Source: Trichlorobacter lovleyi SZ (GTDB taxonomy: Bacteria > Desulfobacterota > Desulfuromonadia > Geobacterales > Pseudopelobacteraceae). Taken from it: a stretch of 32,000 nt of DNA. The position numbers and the translations under genes were made by a program. Positions within the stretch are counted from its first letter, which is position 1. Every line of letters begins with the position of its first letter. The stretch lies in contig NC_010814.1 of assembly GCF_000020385.1 (NCBI RefSeq), positions 960,001 through 992,000 of the forward strand, given 5' to 3'. The notes beneath the pieces were generated by a model. That model saw only the letters and a list, made by a program, of their open reading frames with translations, was not told the origin of the DNA and did not search any database. Positions 1 through 8,522 of this stretch are shown here, piece after piece.

Positions 1-1031
1 TCCAACTCAAGCTCTGGTATGAAGTCAGGCATCCCGGTGATGCAGGAGGCCCCTTTGCGGTCAATATTGCCGGTGATGGCCCGCAGAATATCAAGGGAGT
101 GATGAAGCGGCACGCTGTTCCGGCCGATCTGGTCGATACCCCGTCCGGTAAACAGCGCAGAGGGACACTGCAGGGCGTACAGACGGGCTACCTCCAGTAG
201 CTGCTCCGCTGGTATGCCGGTGGCCTCTGCAACGTAGCCGGGAGTGTAGTGTTGCAGGTGTCCGGCCAGCCTGGCAAAGCCGTGGCACCAGGCCTCCACA
301 AAGGGGGCGTCGTACCAGCGGTTCTGGATGATGGCCTGGACGAGTCCCAGGGCGAGCACCGCATCGGTACCGGGCCGGACCGGGAGCCAGTGGGTTGCCA
401 GCTCAGCCGTCCTGGTGCGGCGGGGATCGACCACGATCAGCGGTTTGCCGGTCCGGCTGTACTGCTGGATCCTGTGCCACAGCAGTGAGTTGTCGGATTC
501 GGCGTGGTTTGCCCCCCACAACATCAGGCAGCCGGTCAGGTCAGGTTCCAGCTCGTTATCGAGGGGCCAGCCGTAGCTGATCGCATGCAGCAGGGTGCCG
601 GGGTTCCAGCAGATCTGGCCGATACCGACATTGTTGGGACTGCCGAAGAGGGTCATGAAACGGTGCAGGGGCCAGTAGACGGCATGGGGGCCGCCGATGC
701 AGGTGGCCAGGGTTTCCGGCCCGAACTGTTCCTTCAGCCCGGCCAGCTTTTCCGCAATCTCGTCCAGGGCCTGGTCCCAGCTGATCCGATGCCACTGGCC
801 GCTGCCCCGTTCACCAACCCGTTTCAGGGGGTAGTTGACGCGGTCAGGGTGGTCCAGAAACTGCGGTGCCATCCGCCAGCGATGGCAGCCGTGCTGAATA
901 CGTTCATCACCCGGATACTGGGTCGGGTCCGGGGCAACCCCGGTCACTCTGCCGTTTTCCACGGTGGCGGTCAGGCCGCATTGATAGCCGCAAAAGCGGC
1001 AGTTTGTCTTTACTGTCTGTGGCATGGTCAT
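1..1031 (-). CDS. Mo/W-bis-pyranopterin (DMSO-reductase family) oxidoreductase catalytic subunit, N-terminal ~343 aa; gene continues past the left edge
   Basis: Not in the ORF track because there is no stop in the window. Own translation of the minus strand from ATG 1031 (second in-frame ATG at 1025): MTMPQTVKTNCRFCGYQCGLTATVENGRVTGV..HGCHRW..VNYPLKRVGERGSGQWHRISWDQALDEIAEKL..LFGSPNNVGIGQICWNPG..LIVVDPRRTRTAE. It has the CxxCxxxC..C 4Fe-4S motif and is a clear paralog of the 6167-8404 product. No twin-arginine motif. The start is 7 nt after the stop of the radical SAM gene. Confidence 0.85.
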   Translation of the reverse strand, partial: MTMPQTVKTNCRFCGYQCGLTATVENGRVTGVAPDPTQYPGDERIQHGCHRWRMAPQFLDHPDRVNYPLKRVGERGSGQWHRISWDQALDEIAEKLAGLKEQFGPETLATCIGGPHAVYWPLHRFMTLFGSPNNVGIGQICWNPGTLLHAISYGWPLDNELEPDLTGCLMLWGANHAESDNSLLWHRIQQYSRTGKPLIVVDPRRTRTAELATHWLPVRPGTDAVLALGLVQAIIQNRWYDAPFVEAWCHGFARLAGHLQHYTPGYVAEATGIPAEQLLEVARLYALQCPSALFTGRGIDQIGRNSVPLHHSLDILRAITGNIDRKGASCITGMPDFIPELEL

Positions 1032-1038
1032 AATCAGA

Positions 1039-2349
1039 TTACCGGGTCTTTCGTTTCGTGCCGTCGAGGGAGGTCAATTGATAGGAACAGAACGGGACGA
1101 TGCAGCCATCAGCCCGCGATACCGTCATGCTGCACTCCTTCAGCCGTTCAAGATCCATGCTGAAGGCGTCCATGTAGTTCATCACCACCACTGAAAGGCC
1201 GGACTGGCTACCGGGAAACAGCCTTTCCGCCAGATCGGGAAAGACCGAGCCCTGCGGGCTGGACGGGTCAAATTCGCGGTGATAGTCATCCGGGGTTATC
1301 CGACGGGTCAGGGGAACCAGCGTGCCCTTATCCTCAATGATATAGGTGGCTGAACTGCAGAGCGGGTGCGAGCAGCCCAGGGGCCAGAGGTCGTACGGTT
1401 CAAGCAGGCCGTTGCTCTGTCCGGCCAGCATGAAGGCCACATCCCCCATGGTCAGACGCCGGTCAGGGGAGATGTCGAAGCGGCCCGAGCCAAAGGCCGG
1501 CTGAAAGGCAACGCCGGCAACAACATCCCGGTTGTCCAGGGCAAAACGCAGCACGTCACCCATCTCAAGTTCATTCACCCCGCTGATCACGGTCATGGCC
1601 AGCACCATCTGGATGCCGGCGGCACGGCAGTTCTGTACGGCACGCAGCTTGGTCTCAAGCAGGTCGGCGCCCCGGATGGTCCGGTAGACTTGTTTGGTCA
1701 TGCCGTCAAACTGCATGTAGACACCGCTAACCCCTGCCGAAGCCAGCTTCCTGGCATAGTCCGGGCGCCGGGCCAGCACGACCCCGTTGGTGTTGACCTC
1801 TATGGCGGAAAATCCGATCCGGCGTCCCAGTTTGACAATCTCAGGCAGGTCGGCACGCATGGTCGGTTCACCACCGGTCAGCTGAATAGCGGTATCCGGA
1901 CCGGTTTGGGCAAGAATCGAGCGGTAGATCGCGGCCAGAGCGTCAAGGTCAGGTCCCGGCGCTGCCTTGGCCTGGATCTCTTCTGCCGACATGAAGCAGA
2001 CCGGACAACGCAGATTGCATTTTTCCGTCAGCTCGATCTCAACCAGTGTCGGGCGGCGCTGGTGGGCTGAACACAAGCCGCAGTCGTCAGGGCAGCCACC
2101 CAGGGAGGCAATCGGGTGCTCGGGACGCACGAGCGGCATCCTGAAGCTGCTGGCCCAGCGGTAATGGTCGCTGTCGGGCCAGACGTAGGTCTTGTAGGGG
2201 CCGTGCTCCCGGCACTCCTTGAGCATGTAGACTTCCCTGCCCTCGGTGATGATCCGGGCCGGGATGACCTCAAGGCAGACCGGACAGACCGATGAGGTGC
2301 TGCGGATCAGGTTGCTGGTGGCTGCTGGTTCTGAAGCTGGTTCTGACAT
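1039..2349 (-). CDS. Radical SAM enzyme with N-terminal zinc-ribbon and a GCPxDCGLCxxH motif (MJ0619/Tes-like architecture)
   Basis: 436-aa ORF. The CNLRCPVCF motif is the CxxxCxxC radical SAM cluster. Upstream motifs are CPVC..C..H and GGCPDDCGLCSAH. The TIM-barrel-like core contains GGEPTMR. Confidence 0.8.
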   Translation of the reverse strand: MSEPASEPAATSNLIRSTSSVCPVCLEVIPARIITEGREVYMLKECREHGPYKTYVWPDSDHYRWASSFRMPLVRPEHPIASLGGCPDDCGLCSAHQRRPTLVEIELTEKCNLRCPVCFMSAEEIQAKAAPGPDLDALAAIYRSILAQTGPDTAIQLTGGEPTMRADLPEIVKLGRRIGFSAIEVNTNGVVLARRPDYARKLASAGVSGVYMQFDGMTKQVYRTIRGADLLETKLRAVQNCRAAGIQMVLAMTVISGVNELEMGDVLRFALDNRDVVAGVAFQPAFGSGRFDISPDRRLTMGDVAFMLAGQSNGLLEPYDLWPLGCSHPLCSSATYIIEDKGTLVPLTRRITPDDYHREFDPSSPQGSVFPDLAERLFPGSQSGLSVVVMNYMDAFSMDLERLKECSMTVSRADGCIVPFCSYQLTSLDGTKRKTR

Positions 2350-2409
2350 ACGGTTTCTCCGGCGTATTCTGCTGCAAAAAGGGTCTGGTGTGTTGTTTCC
2401 ATCATGGGG

Positions 2410-4533
2410 CTAACCACAGGGTGAGTAGCCGATCCGGACGGCGCCCCAATGTCTTCCCCGGATGAACACCGGGCAGGCAAGATCAATAATCACCTCGCCG
2501 GAAACCCGCATGAAGGTCTGCAGCAGGAACGGGTTGGTGTTCTTGCAGGCCCGCACACTGGTTCTGTCGGTAAAGATCAGTTTGGTGCGGTTCTGCACCT
2601 GATCGATCTCTTTGTTGCCGGTGAGCGGCTTGCTGAATTTCTTCAGGTGACAGGGCAGGTAGCCCTGGTCATCAAAGACAGTGGAGGTGGCAAGGTCCGG
2701 ATTGGCGGCAATGACCTCCTCCTGGATCGGTGAGATGATTTTCTCAAAGAGTGCGTCGTAGGCCGTGGTGTATTTGGGGGGATCGGTCTTCGGTATCGGC
2801 AGGTAATTTCTCGAAAAGAGCTGCTCCTGCGATATCTCACCACGGTCCACTGCCTGTTCAAGCGCCTCGACAACGCGATCACGGAACGCCAGGGCGATTG
2901 CCCTTTTTTGATCGTGGTAGGTGCCGACACTGAAGCTGCCCACCGACGAGAAAATCAACTCGGCCACCTCGGAGAGCCCCAGCAGGGTCTTTTCGGTTGC
3001 CAGCATTTCCTGATTCACATCCTGCGCCATACCGGAGATATGCTGGATCTTGTCGGTGATTTCAGAGGTGACGACACTCTGTTCCTCTGTGGCTGTCGCG
3101 ATCTGGTTGATCATGTCCGTTGATTCACCGGCCAGTTGCAGGATCTGTATCAGTCCCTCCCGGGCGGCCCGGGCCGTGGCAACACCATCTTCAACACGGA
3201 CATACTCATCATGCATCGCCTGAACCGCCTGCCGGCTTTCCTGACGGATGGCACTGATGATGCCGCTGATCTCACGGGTTGAGGCAGCGGTCTTTGAGGA
3301 GAGGTTTTTGACCTCGTCGGCGACAACGGCAAAGCCTCTACCCTGCTCACCGGCACGGGCCGCCTCAATGGCGGCATTCAGCGCCAGCAGATTGGTCTGA
3401 TCCGCGATATCCTCGATCAGACCGGCAATCTCGCCGATCTTCTCCGATGAGCGGGTCAGGCGCTCGACGGTCGCCCGGGTCACCTCAACACTCTGCTTGA
3501 TATCCTCCATGCAGTCGCAGGCCTTTTCCACCGCCTGCATGCCGCTGTTGGCCGAGTTGTTGACCGATGAGGCAACATCGGCTGCACTGTGGGTGTTGTT
3601 TGCCACCCCGTTCAAGGTGGATGCCATCTCCTCAGCCGCCACCGCCACTGCCACCGCCTCGGTCTTCTGCTGCTCTGCCGTCTGCACCGTCTCACGGGTG
3701 GTCCTGGACATTTCACAGACCTTGACGGCAACCTGTTCCCCCTGCTGATACAGGGTACTCACCATCTCCCGCAGCCAGGCCACCAGGGTGTTGATCCCCT
3801 CCGTCAGTCTGGCGATGTCGTCTTTGCCGCTTACGGTAAAATCTCGAGTCAGGTCACCACCACCATGGGTCAGGGCGTGCAGGCCTTCGGTAATGGCATG
3901 CAGCCGGCGGGTCAGCAGCCGGGTAATCAGCAGTTGTGCGCCAACCGCCGCCATCAATCCGACAATCAGGCAGACCACAACAATCCGGATGACCATGGTT
4001 ACCCGGCTCGATACACCGGTGCGGCTTGTTGCCAGTTTTTCGCGTTGCTGTTGTTCGATCTGCAGCAACAGCTCCTTGACCTGGCGCCACTGAGGGGTCT
4101 CCCGGGTCAGCAGGATGGTCTTGGCGGCGGCAAGGTCAGCAGCCCCGGACAGGGCAATGATCTGCTCCTTCAGGGCGGTATTGTCCTTCCATGCTGTGGT
4201 CAGCTTGCGTAGGGCGGCATCCTGGCTGCTTACGGCGGCAAAACGCCCCTGTAGCTGTTCCAGTGTCCGGTTTGCCGCTGCCAGGGCGGTGCGATAGTTC
4301 TCCATCGCCTTGGTATCACCGGGGTTCAGCAGGATATTGCGCGTGGCCTGACCCGACTGGAGTGCCGCTCCATGCATCTCCTTGATCAGCAACAGGGTCT
4401 CCAGTTCCACGGCCAGAGACCGTTCGGCAACGGATCTGATCGAGAAGAGACCGAAGACACTGACAACCAATGCGGCAATGAAGATGGCCGATACCGATGT
4501 TCCAATTAGCATCAAACGGGTAGCTATACTCAT
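2410..4533 (-). CDS. Methyl-accepting chemotaxis protein: two TM helices, periplasmic 4-helix-bundle-type sensor, HAMP, MA domain, plus ~180-aa C-terminal extra domain
   Basis: 707-aa ORF. TM1 is [24 protein letters not shown] and TM2 is [23 protein letters not shown]. The MA signature is [34 protein letters not shown]. The C-terminal tail ends ..[36 protein letters not shown]. Confidence 0.9.
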   Translation of the reverse strand: MSIATRLMLIGTSVSAIFIAALVVSVFGLFSIRSVAERSLAVELETLLLIKEMHGAALQSGQATRNILLNPGDTKAMENYRTALAAANRTLEQLQGRFAAVSSQDAALRKLTTAWKDNTALKEQIIALSGAADLAAAKTILLTRETPQWRQVKELLLQIEQQQREKLATSRTGVSSRVTMVIRIVVVCLIVGLMAAVGAQLLITRLLTRRLHAITEGLHALTHGGGDLTRDFTVSGKDDIARLTEGINTLVAWLREMVSTLYQQGEQVAVKVCEMSRTTRETVQTAEQQKTEAVAVAVAAEEMASTLNGVANNTHSAADVASSVNNSANSGMQAVEKACDCMEDIKQSVEVTRATVERLTRSSEKIGEIAGLIEDIADQTNLLALNAAIEAARAGEQGRGFAVVADEVKNLSSKTAASTREISGIISAIRQESRQAVQAMHDEYVRVEDGVATARAAREGLIQILQLAGESTDMINQIATATEEQSVVTSEITDKIQHISGMAQDVNQEMLATEKTLLGLSEVAELIFSSVGSFSVGTYHDQKRAIALAFRDRVVEALEQAVDRGEISQEQLFSRNYLPIPKTDPPKYTTAYDALFEKIISPIQEEVIAANPDLATSTVFDDQGYLPCHLKKFSKPLTGNKEIDQVQNRTKLIFTDRTSVRACKNTNPFLLQTFMRVSGEVIIDLACPVFIRGRHWGAVRIGYSPCG

Positions 4534-4550
4534 GGGATTTCCGATCCTGT

Positions 4551-4591
4551 CAAAACAGATTCGACGGCCCCGTTGCCGGAACCGTCGAATC
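4551..4591 (-). terminator. Stem-loop plus U-tract after the NrfD-like gene (possible terminator or attenuator)
   Basis: Perfect 10-bp inverted repeat GATTCGACGG (4558-4567) / CCGTCGAATC (4582-4591). On the minus strand it is followed by TGTTTTG. It lies only ~18 nt upstream of the MCP ATG, so its role is ambiguous. Confidence 0.4.
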
Positions 4592-4657
4592 GTTGTTGTA
4601 CAAAGAACTCATGGAATGTCCGCCCGGAGGCGTAGCGCGCTGCCATGCTGCATTGAA

Positions 4658-5602
4658 CTATCTGCTCCAGGCCTTCAGGAATGCCTCATTGCCGGTGGGC
4701 AGCCGCTTGCGGTACTTCTGCTCACCCGGCAGCCAGGTGCGTTCTTCACCGGCGTAGACCACCAGGCAGCGCATCACCACACCACCCACCAGTACCAGCA
4801 ATGCACCGATACCCTGGCAGAGTGTGGACGGGATCATGACCAGCACCAGCGGTACCAGTGTTCCCACGAAGATGAATGCGGCCTTGAAGCTGTCGGCATA
4901 CTGGCCGTTGATCCACTTGAGGGCACTGGCCGCTTCAGCAGCGGTGGTGCCGGTACGCTTGATCCAGATATACCCGAGCCATCCGACCAGCTGGAAGAAC
5001 AGCAGGCCACCCACAAAGGTGGGCAGGTTGTGCCAGATCCCCGGAACCGAGCCCGGGGGATAGATCAGTGCACTGACAAAATGGGCAGAGGCACCGGTCA
5101 CAATGGAGGAGAGCATAAACAGGGTCATGATTCCCGGACCGACCCAGAAGGGGCGGCCCTTGTGGCGACCCAGCAGCACCCCCGGATAGGTGGCGACCAC
5201 CAAGCCGGTGATGACGCAGACAACGGCCAGCAGCTTGCGGAGCAGATCCCAGTCCTGCCAGATCAGCTTGTCCTGCTTGAACCAGGATGGATCAAGATCA
5301 AACGAGGCGTAGACCAGTCCGGCAACGATTGCCACCGACATCAGCCAGGCACCGGCCGTCAGGATCGCCTTGGGGTTCATGAAGACCCGCCAGGCCTGAA
5401 ACGGTCTGCCCAGCTCCAGGATCAGAAAACCGCAACCGATGCACATGAACAGCGGCCCCATCACGTTACCCAGCAGGGAAAGACGGCCTGAACCGGCAAA
5501 CAGTTCCAGCAAACCGGTAATCAGCACCATGCCGCCACCCATGCCGGCAAAAAAGAAATCAACGGCCAACATCCAGCCCCAACCTTCATGTTTGGTACTC
5601 AT
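4658..5602 (-). CDS. NrfD/PsrC-family integral membrane (quinone-interacting) subunit of the Mo oxidoreductase
   Basis: 314-aa polytopic hydrophobic ORF with about 8 predicted helices. The N-terminus MSTKHEGWGWMLAVDFFFAGMGGG is typical of NrfD/PsrC. An ATGA start/stop overlap with the upstream FeS gene (5599-5602) indicates translational coupling. Confidence 0.8.
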   Translation of the reverse strand: MSTKHEGWGWMLAVDFFFAGMGGGMVLITGLLELFAGSGRLSLLGNVMGPLFMCIGCGFLILELGRPFQAWRVFMNPKAILTAGAWLMSVAIVAGLVYASFDLDPSWFKQDKLIWQDWDLLRKLLAVVCVITGLVVATYPGVLLGRHKGRPFWVGPGIMTLFMLSSIVTGASAHFVSALIYPPGSVPGIWHNLPTFVGGLLFFQLVGWLGYIWIKRTGTTAAEAASALKWINGQYADSFKAAFIFVGTLVPLVLVMIPSTLCQGIGALLVLVGGVVMRCLVVYAGEERTWLPGEQKYRKRLPTGNEAFLKAWSR

Positions 5603-6165
5603 GGATTCTTTACCTCCAATCCATAGATATAGAAGACATACGGGTCTGTCCCCAGCTCACCCAGCAGGCGGCAGGCATTTTCCCCGTTTACAAGTTTGTG
5701 GACATCACTGGTTTCGTCATCAAGGTCCCCGAAGATACGGGCCTTCTGGTGACAGGTGTTGACACAGTGCGGCTTGAGGCCGATATCAACCCGGTCTTTA
5801 CAGAAGTCGCATTTCTGGACCGCGCCGGTTGCATGGTTCTTGTAACGGGCGCCGTAGGGACAGGCCATGACACAGGCCAGGCAGCCGACACATTTGCTGT
5901 CTTCCACAAAGACAATCCCGTCCTTTTCCCGGCGTTGGGAGGCACAGGTGGGGCAGCCGTCCACGCAGGGCGGATTGTCGCAATGCATACACAGCAGCGG
6001 GATATGGACCATCTGTACGTCCGGGTAGACGCCGGTAGGACCGACCGTGGTCACCGGGTTGTAGATCATCTCAACCGGCAGTTCGTTGTGCACCTTGCAG
6101 GCGACCGTACAGGAATGGCAGCCGATGCATTTTCGTGTATCTATAACCATCGCGTAACGAGCCAT
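5599..6165 (-). CDS. 4Fe-4S ferredoxin-type electron-transfer subunit (PsrB/DmsB-like), four Cys clusters, no signal peptide
   Basis: Cys clusters: CIGCHSCTVACK, CMHCDNPPCVDGCP, CVGCLACVMACPYGA, CDFC..C..C. I place the start at ATG 6165 (MARYAMVIDTRKCIGC). A GGAGGG RBS lies upstream, and this start sits 1 nt after the TAA of the catalytic subunit. The track start at 6192 would overlap that gene. Confidence 0.88.
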   Translation of the reverse strand: MARYAMVIDTRKCIGCHSCTVACKVHNELPVEMIYNPVTTVGPTGVYPDVQMVHIPLLCMHCDNPPCVDGCPTCASQRREKDGIVFVEDSKCVGCLACVMACPYGARYKNHATGAVQKCDFCKDRVDIGLKPHCVNTCHQKARIFGDLDDETSDVHKLVNGENACRLLGELGTDPYVFYIYGLEVKNP

Positions 6166-6166
6166 C

Positions 6167-8404
6167 TTATTTGCCCTCCATATCTGAAGCATTTACTTTA
6201 TAAACGCGGCAGAGCAGACCACGGTTAGCCCAGGAACCGCTATAGGGGTCGCAGTGATCATCGGCAGTGGTCGTCAGTACGTTGGTGTTTGATTCCAGAC
6301 AGCCGCCCAGCTCCGGCGCCGCCATGCTGCGCTCCGGATACCACCAGCCGCGCTGGGTGTAGATGACACGGGGATGGATCCCCTGGGTCAGGTTGGCCTT
6401 CTGCTTGATACGTCCCCGCTTGGTTTCGATCCAGACCCAGTCGCCATCTTCAATGGACAGCTCGGCGGCGGTTGCCGGGTTGATATCCATGTACGGCTCA
6501 TGGCGCAGGAAGCGTACTTCCTTGATCTGGAAATGCTCGGAGTGGTGGTAGGGCATGAATCCGCCACCGGTGGTCAGCACCAGCGGAAACTCCTTGGCCA
6601 GTTCCGGGTCGTCGATCTCGTTCTCGGTGGGCCCGATATAGGGGGGCAGCGGAGGATAGCCGAGATCCTTGAGTACCGTTGAGTACAGCTCCACCTTGCC
6701 CGACGGGGTTGCAAAACCCTGGCGCTGGTACTTGAAGTACTCACGCTCGGGGAAGTGGAAACGGTAGCGCTCAACGAATTCATCGTAGCTTTCGATGTCG
6801 TAGCCAAGGGGGGCTATCTTGGCATAATAGGCCTCTTCAACCGTTGCCCAGGGCCACATCTCCTGCTGGCCCATGGCACAGCCCAGATCACGCCAGAAGT
6901 TGTAGTCGTTGCGACGTTCGTACATCGGCTGAATCGCCCGTTGTGATGCCAGCAGGAAGTCGGAACAACCGTAGCTGCTGGTGATGGTCGGTCTTTCAAG
7001 GGCACCGGCAATCGGGATCACGTAATCGGACAGGGCTGCGGTCGGTGTCATCCAGTAATCGCAGGTGACCATGAAGTCGACCGCCTTCAACGCATCCAGC
7101 ACCAGACTGGTTTCTCCATAGGAGTTGATCGGGTTGGTGGCCGAGACCAGCAACGCCTTGACCTGATACGGTTTGCCGCTCAGGATCGATCTGAAGACTG
7201 AGGGAGGGTGGGCCTCACACATCCACTCGGCGGTGGGGGCCTTGCCCCAGACCTTTCTGGTCTGTTCAGCGATCTTGCTGTAGCCCGGCCAGGTCACCAG
7301 TTTGAAACGATCAGAGCCGATCTGCTTGGCCTTCTGCTCTTCCGGCAGCTGATCGTTGGCCTCCATCTCTTCATCGGTCAGGAAGTCGGGGCTCGGGCCG
7401 GTCAGCAGGTCGGAACCGGGGGCATCAAGGTTGCCGGTCAGGGCCCGCAGGATCGCACGGGCATGCATGGTGGAGCCGGCCGGTTTCCCGATCTGGTCCA
7501 CCGAGGTGCCCCACTGGATGTTGCCCGGTTTGTTCATGGCATACATGTAGGCGCCTGCGCGGATCTGTTCCGGGGTCAGCCAGGTCAGTTCCGCTGCCCA
7601 TTCCGGCGTGAAGTTTTCAACATGGTCGGCCAGTTCGCCGAAACCTTCGCAGCAGTTTGCGACAAACTCCTGGTCGTACAGGCCTTCAAAGATGATGACA
7701 TGGATCCAGGCCAGTGCCAGCGCCAGGTCGGAGCCGGGACGCAGCGGCAGCCAGAGATCGGCCTTGGCAGCGGTTTCGCTGAAACGTGGGTCGATCACGA
7801 TCAGCTTCATCCCTTTTTCCTGCAGCTCCCGGATGTGGTGCATCTCCGGCATACCGGCGGCACCGGGGTTTTGACCCCACAGGATCAGGCAGCGGCTGCT
7901 GCCCATGTCCAGTTCAAACGGACACCAGCCGTAGATGGCCGTTTCCACCATAAAGGTGGGGATCCAGCAGAGATGGGAGTTATGGAAGCCGTTGGGGCTG
8001 CCGAACAGGTTCATGAAGCGTCGTCTGGACCAGTCGTCGGTACGCTGGGTGCCGCCGGCGGTTGCCACCGCCTCCGCACCGAACTCACTGCGGATCTGGA
8101 GCAGTTTGGAACCGATCTCCTTCATGGCCTGGTCCCAGGGGATCTGTTCCCATTTCCCTTCACCACGCTTGCCAACCCGCTTCAGGGGGTAGTTAATCCG
8201 CGCCGGATGATCAAGATGCTGCAGGGCGATATTGCCCCGGCAGCACAAACCGCCCTGGTTTGTGGGGAACTCCGGATCTCCTTCGATCTTGAGCACCTTG
8301 CCGTCTTTTACATAGGCCAGCACACCACAGTTCTGGTGGCAAAAATAGCAAGCTGACTTCTTTACCTCAACGCCAGCTTGCGTTATGTCAATGTTTTTAC
8401 TCAT
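6167..8404 (-). CDS. Mo/W-bis-pyranopterin oxidoreductase catalytic subunit (DMSO-reductase family, Psr/Phs-like size), no Tat signal
   Basis: 745-aa ORF. The N-terminus MSKNIDITQAGVEVKKSACYFCHQNCGVLAYV..GGLCCRG has the CxxCxxxC..C 4Fe-4S motif and no RR motif. Also present: INYPLKRVGKRGEGKWEQIPWDQAMKEI, LIVIDPRFSETA and a C-terminal beta-barrel-like domain. A candidate metal-ligand Cys lies in NSHLCWIPT. Confidence 0.9.
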   Translation of the reverse strand: MSKNIDITQAGVEVKKSACYFCHQNCGVLAYVKDGKVLKIEGDPEFPTNQGGLCCRGNIALQHLDHPARINYPLKRVGKRGEGKWEQIPWDQAMKEIGSKLLQIRSEFGAEAVATAGGTQRTDDWSRRRFMNLFGSPNGFHNSHLCWIPTFMVETAIYGWCPFELDMGSSRCLILWGQNPGAAGMPEMHHIRELQEKGMKLIVIDPRFSETAAKADLWLPLRPGSDLALALAWIHVIIFEGLYDQEFVANCCEGFGELADHVENFTPEWAAELTWLTPEQIRAGAYMYAMNKPGNIQWGTSVDQIGKPAGSTMHARAILRALTGNLDAPGSDLLTGPSPDFLTDEEMEANDQLPEEQKAKQIGSDRFKLVTWPGYSKIAEQTRKVWGKAPTAEWMCEAHPPSVFRSILSGKPYQVKALLVSATNPINSYGETSLVLDALKAVDFMVTCDYWMTPTAALSDYVIPIAGALERPTITSSYGCSDFLLASQRAIQPMYERRNDYNFWRDLGCAMGQQEMWPWATVEEAYYAKIAPLGYDIESYDEFVERYRFHFPEREYFKYQRQGFATPSGKVELYSTVLKDLGYPPLPPYIGPTENEIDDPELAKEFPLVLTTGGGFMPYHHSEHFQIKEVRFLRHEPYMDINPATAAELSIEDGDWVWIETKRGRIKQKANLTQGIHPRVIYTQRGWWYPERSMAAPELGGCLESNTNVLTTTADDHCDPYSGSWANRGLLCRVYKVNASDMEGK

Positions 8405-8522
8405 AATATAAACCTCACTGGCTTCACCGGAACAGATTGTTTGCGTCTGTCGTGCTTCACGTTCCAGACATGCATCAGTTCACACAGCTTTCGTGCCTAT
8501 TGATTTGATTGCGTCGTTCTAT

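Noticed and set aside
504-1163. 219-aa plus-strand ORF, together with neighbouring short ORFs at 249-580
   Set aside because: It lies antisense to a minus-strand reading frame that translates into a clear Mo-oxidoreductase N-terminus. Its composition is Ala/Gly/Pro/Arg-rich, typical of shadow ORFs in GC-rich DNA.
4382-5491. 369-aa plus-strand ORF, and similar ORFs at 1366-2070, 3589-4212, 14746-15441 and 19512-20189
   Set aside because: Each is antisense to a gene with clear domain signatures: NrfD, radical SAM, MCP, porin or the sigma-54 activator. None has an RBS or a motif.
7208-8356. 382-aa plus-strand ORF
   Set aside because: It is entirely antisense to the 745-aa molybdopterin subunit, which has strong family motifs. 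It has no recognisable motifs or RBS of its own. It is a shadow ORF.
6167-8404. Possible selenocysteine (in-frame TGA) in the Mo enzymes, as in formate dehydrogenases
   Set aside because: The 745-aa frame is uninterrupted and has Cys (NSHLCWIPT) at the expected ligand region. The partial paralog likewise has QICWNPG. There is no in-frame TGA or SECIS-like need.
8483-8498. Sigma-54-like sequence AGGCACGAAAGCTGTG on the minus strand, ~80 nt upstream of the Mo-enzyme operon
   Set aside because: The -24 GGCAC is present, but the invariant -12 GC is GT and the first T is A. That is too weak to call, unlike the five clean matches. The Mo operon may instead be read through from the OFA transporter promoter. 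Worth re-testing if transcription start site data exist.
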